From a virus (Duplodnaviria; Caudoviricetes): 27,098 bases of DNA. Below, in pieces: positions 25,978 to 27,098 of this stretch (positions are counted from its first letter, which is position 1; the number at the start of each line of letters is the position of its first letter). The position numbers and the translations under genes were made by a program. The notes under the pieces are model-generated. The model made no database searches. It was not told where the DNA came from and worked only from the letters and a program-made list of their open reading frames with translations. The stretch is taken from positions 1-27,098 of IMG/VR virus record IMGVR_UViG_3300035049_000566; one strand, written 5' to 3'.

Positions 25978-26082
25978 CTACCGTTTAGCCAAAGCTTCAA
26001 ATTTCAAATAATAAAGAATCTGCTTATCAAGATCCCGCATATTGTCAGCTGCCCAAACTTTTACTTTTTCCAGCAGTTCCGG
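25978..26082 (-). pseudogene. Start-less remnant resembling the C-terminal helices of an Arc / ribbon-helix-helix protein
   Basis: PELLEKVKVWAADNMRDLDKQILYYLKFEALAKR*; in-frame TAA at 26098-26100, with no start codon between it and this peptide. Confidence 0.3.
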
Positions 26083-26179
26083 CGTCCATGGTGCCGGTTA
26101 GCACACCGCCTACAGCTGCAACCAACCCGGATACCCCTGTCCAAAATGTTTTTGTCTTGATAAGTCTTTTGCTGTTCAT
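26045..26179 (-). CDS. Small holin-like membrane peptide (44 aa, possibly truncated)
   Basis: Not in the ORF track. ATG overlaps the DUF5675 stop (TAATG). MNSKRLIKTKTFWTGVSGLVAAVGGVLTGTMDAGTAGKSKSLGS: basic N-terminus, KTFW motif, one hydrophobic segment. Confidence 0.5.
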   Translation of the reverse strand: MNSKRLIKTKTFWTGVSGLVAAVGGVLTGTMDAGTAGKSKSLGS

Positions 26180-26574
26180 TAGATCCCCCTGATCACAAGC
26201 CGGAACTCATCCTCACCCTCAAACCTCTCCATCATCTCAACAAGGGCTCTGCCTGATTGACGAACAGCTCTTTTCCCTTCAAGAAACCCGACACGCCGTC
26301 CTGGGAGCAAACATCCGTATGTATCATCAGCAGTATTGCCTGCATGAAAAAGGATATGCGACCGACCGGGCACGTTGCATACCTCAAATACTTCATTGAA
26401 TTTAGGGGATTGAGTTCTTATGCATGTATAAGTCCCTGGCGGGATACAGGAGACAAACGGCTCATTGTCAAGATACTGGTTTTCGAGAATGAAACACTGG
26501 ATTCTGTTGTCTATCAGCAGGACGCCTATGGTCCCGCCTTCTGTTTCTTCAAGTCTTTTTAACTCTGCGAGCAT
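26179..26574 (-). CDS. DUF5675-family protein (L,D-transpeptidase-like, candidate endolysin)
   Basis: Probable start ATG 26574 (SD CAGGAG). TIG.L.ID....CFILE...SCIP.GTY...SPKF...VPGRSHILFHAGN...DT.GCLLPG is the family signature. Confidence 0.85.
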   Translation of the reverse strand: MLAELKRLEETEGGTIGVLLIDNRIQCFILENQYLDNEPFVSCIPPGTYTCIRTQSPKFNEVFEVCNVPGRSHILFHAGNTADDTYGCLLPGRRVGFLEGKRAVRQSGRALVEMMERFEGEDEFRLVIRGI

Positions 26575-26646
26575 GGCAAACTCCTGTGAAAAGTTTATTA
26601 TGGCCATATTTTTTAAAAAAAATTAAAGAAGGTCAAATCAGCGAGA

Positions 26647-26718
26647 GGTGTCATTCCCTACCCATACCGCGTCATTCCCTACCCACACGGTGTCATATCG
26701 TTCCTTTCCCTACCAACA
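26647..26718. repeat. 21-bp-phased direct repeats in the divergent intergenic region
   Basis: GTCATTCCCTACCCA at 26650 and 26671, GTCAT again at 26692, and a displaced TTCCCTACCAACA at 26706. Confidence 0.85.
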
Positions 26719-26760
26719 TCGCACCATTTTATTTTTTTTTATTTTCCTTTAAAAAAGTTC

Positions 26761-26789
26761 TTGACATAGTGCCCAATGGGTACTATATT
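26761..26789 (+). promoter_or_regulatory. Sigma70 promoter TTGACA-17bp-TATATT with overlapping palindromic operator
   Basis: Consensus -35, 17-nt spacer, 5/6 -10 match and AT-rich upstream tract. Palindrome ATAGTGCCCA-A-TGGGTACTAT (26766-26786, one mismatch). Confidence 0.85.
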
Positions 26790-26830
26790 AAAACCATGAT
26801 CAACAAAGAATAAAAAAAAGGAGACAAAAA

Positions 26831-27098
26831 ATGGAATTTACACTTAACACAGAAGCTTATAACCAACACAGGTGGGGAAAGCCTTGGATAGCAGTAGTTG
26901 ATTTTGAAAATGACGCAACAGGTGACTTTGCCTGGGGAACATGGACAGGCGATCATTATAAGGGCGGCGAAGGTGTTCTGACTGTCACTGCGTACCCCGG
27001 AGATATCATCGCAGAAGGACAAAAAGACAACCGCAAACCCCGCAACTCCGAAAGAAATTACTATATTCTTTTAGAGAGCGGAAAGCTTGACTATCTTG
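26831..27098 (+). CDS. Phage hypothetical protein, divergently transcribed (3' end beyond right edge)
   Basis: Not in the ORF track. SD AAGGAG; open to the edge: MEFTLNTEAYNQHRWGKPWIAVVDFENDATGDFAWGTWTGDHYKGGEGVLTVTAYPGDIIAEGQKDNRKPRNSERNYYILLESGKLDYL. Confidence 0.8.
   Translation, partial: MEFTLNTEAYNQHRWGKPWIAVVDFENDATGDFAWGTWTGDHYKGGEGVLTVTAYPGDIIAEGQKDNRKPRNSERNYYILLESGKLDYL

Larger units (their letters stand above)
1..26607 (-). mobile_element. P1/D6-like myovirus (prophage or phage-plasmid) virion morphogenesis, packaging and lysis region
   Basis: Co-oriented, often overlapping ORFs resembling P1 PacA/PacB, gp23, gp22, gp21, PmgG, BplB, PmgC, Tub, PmgB, Sit, PmgA, BplA, gp16, gpR and gp26-25-7-24-6-5, with P1 sub-block order preserved. 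Element boundaries are not visible. Confidence 0.9.

Noticed and set aside
26647-26718. CRISPR mini-array
   Set aside because: The units are adjacent with only ~6 variable nt between them, there are no spacer-length sequences, and no cas genes.
432-26813. Numerous plus-strand ORFs in the track (e.g. 1689-2195, 6210-7187, 10018-10755, 23425-23910)
   Set aside because: They are antisense shadows of well-supported minus-strand phage genes, with no recognisable motifs.
26783-27022. Minus-strand 79-aa ORF
   Set aside because: It is antisense to a better-supported plus-strand gene that has a promoter and SD.

Overview
This window is a nearly complete virion-morphogenesis region of a P1/D6-like myovirus (prophage or phage-plasmid). 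About 26.5 kb of tightly packed minus-strand genes run right to left in this order: DUF5675 candidate lysin, holin-like fragment, tandem Zn-ribbon protein, PacA, intein-containing PacB terminase, unknown ORF, gp26-gp25-gp7-gp24-gp6-gp5 homologues, a repeat protein, PAAR, major capsid (gp23-like), tail sheath (gp22-like), gp21, PmgG, BplB, PmgC, Tub, PmgB, Sit-like tape measure, PmgA, BplA, gp16, gpR and a tail-fibre module. The module ends in an Mtd-like C-type-lectin protein, a typical diversity-generating-retroelement target, which is cut by the left edge and missing from the ORF track. A strong sigma70 promoter with a palindromic operator drives a divergent gene at the right edge. Notable points: the Mtd-type module replaces P1's invertible S/U fibres; a 139-aa mini-intein ending in Ser-Asn splits the terminase Walker A motif; there is a candidate UUU_CGG +1 frameshift before the tape measure, an unexplained 20-aa-repeat metal-binding protein between spike and PAAR, a possible deletion scar in the lysis module, and no portal or prohead protease in the window. 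All homology calls come from recalled motifs and synteny, not from database searches.
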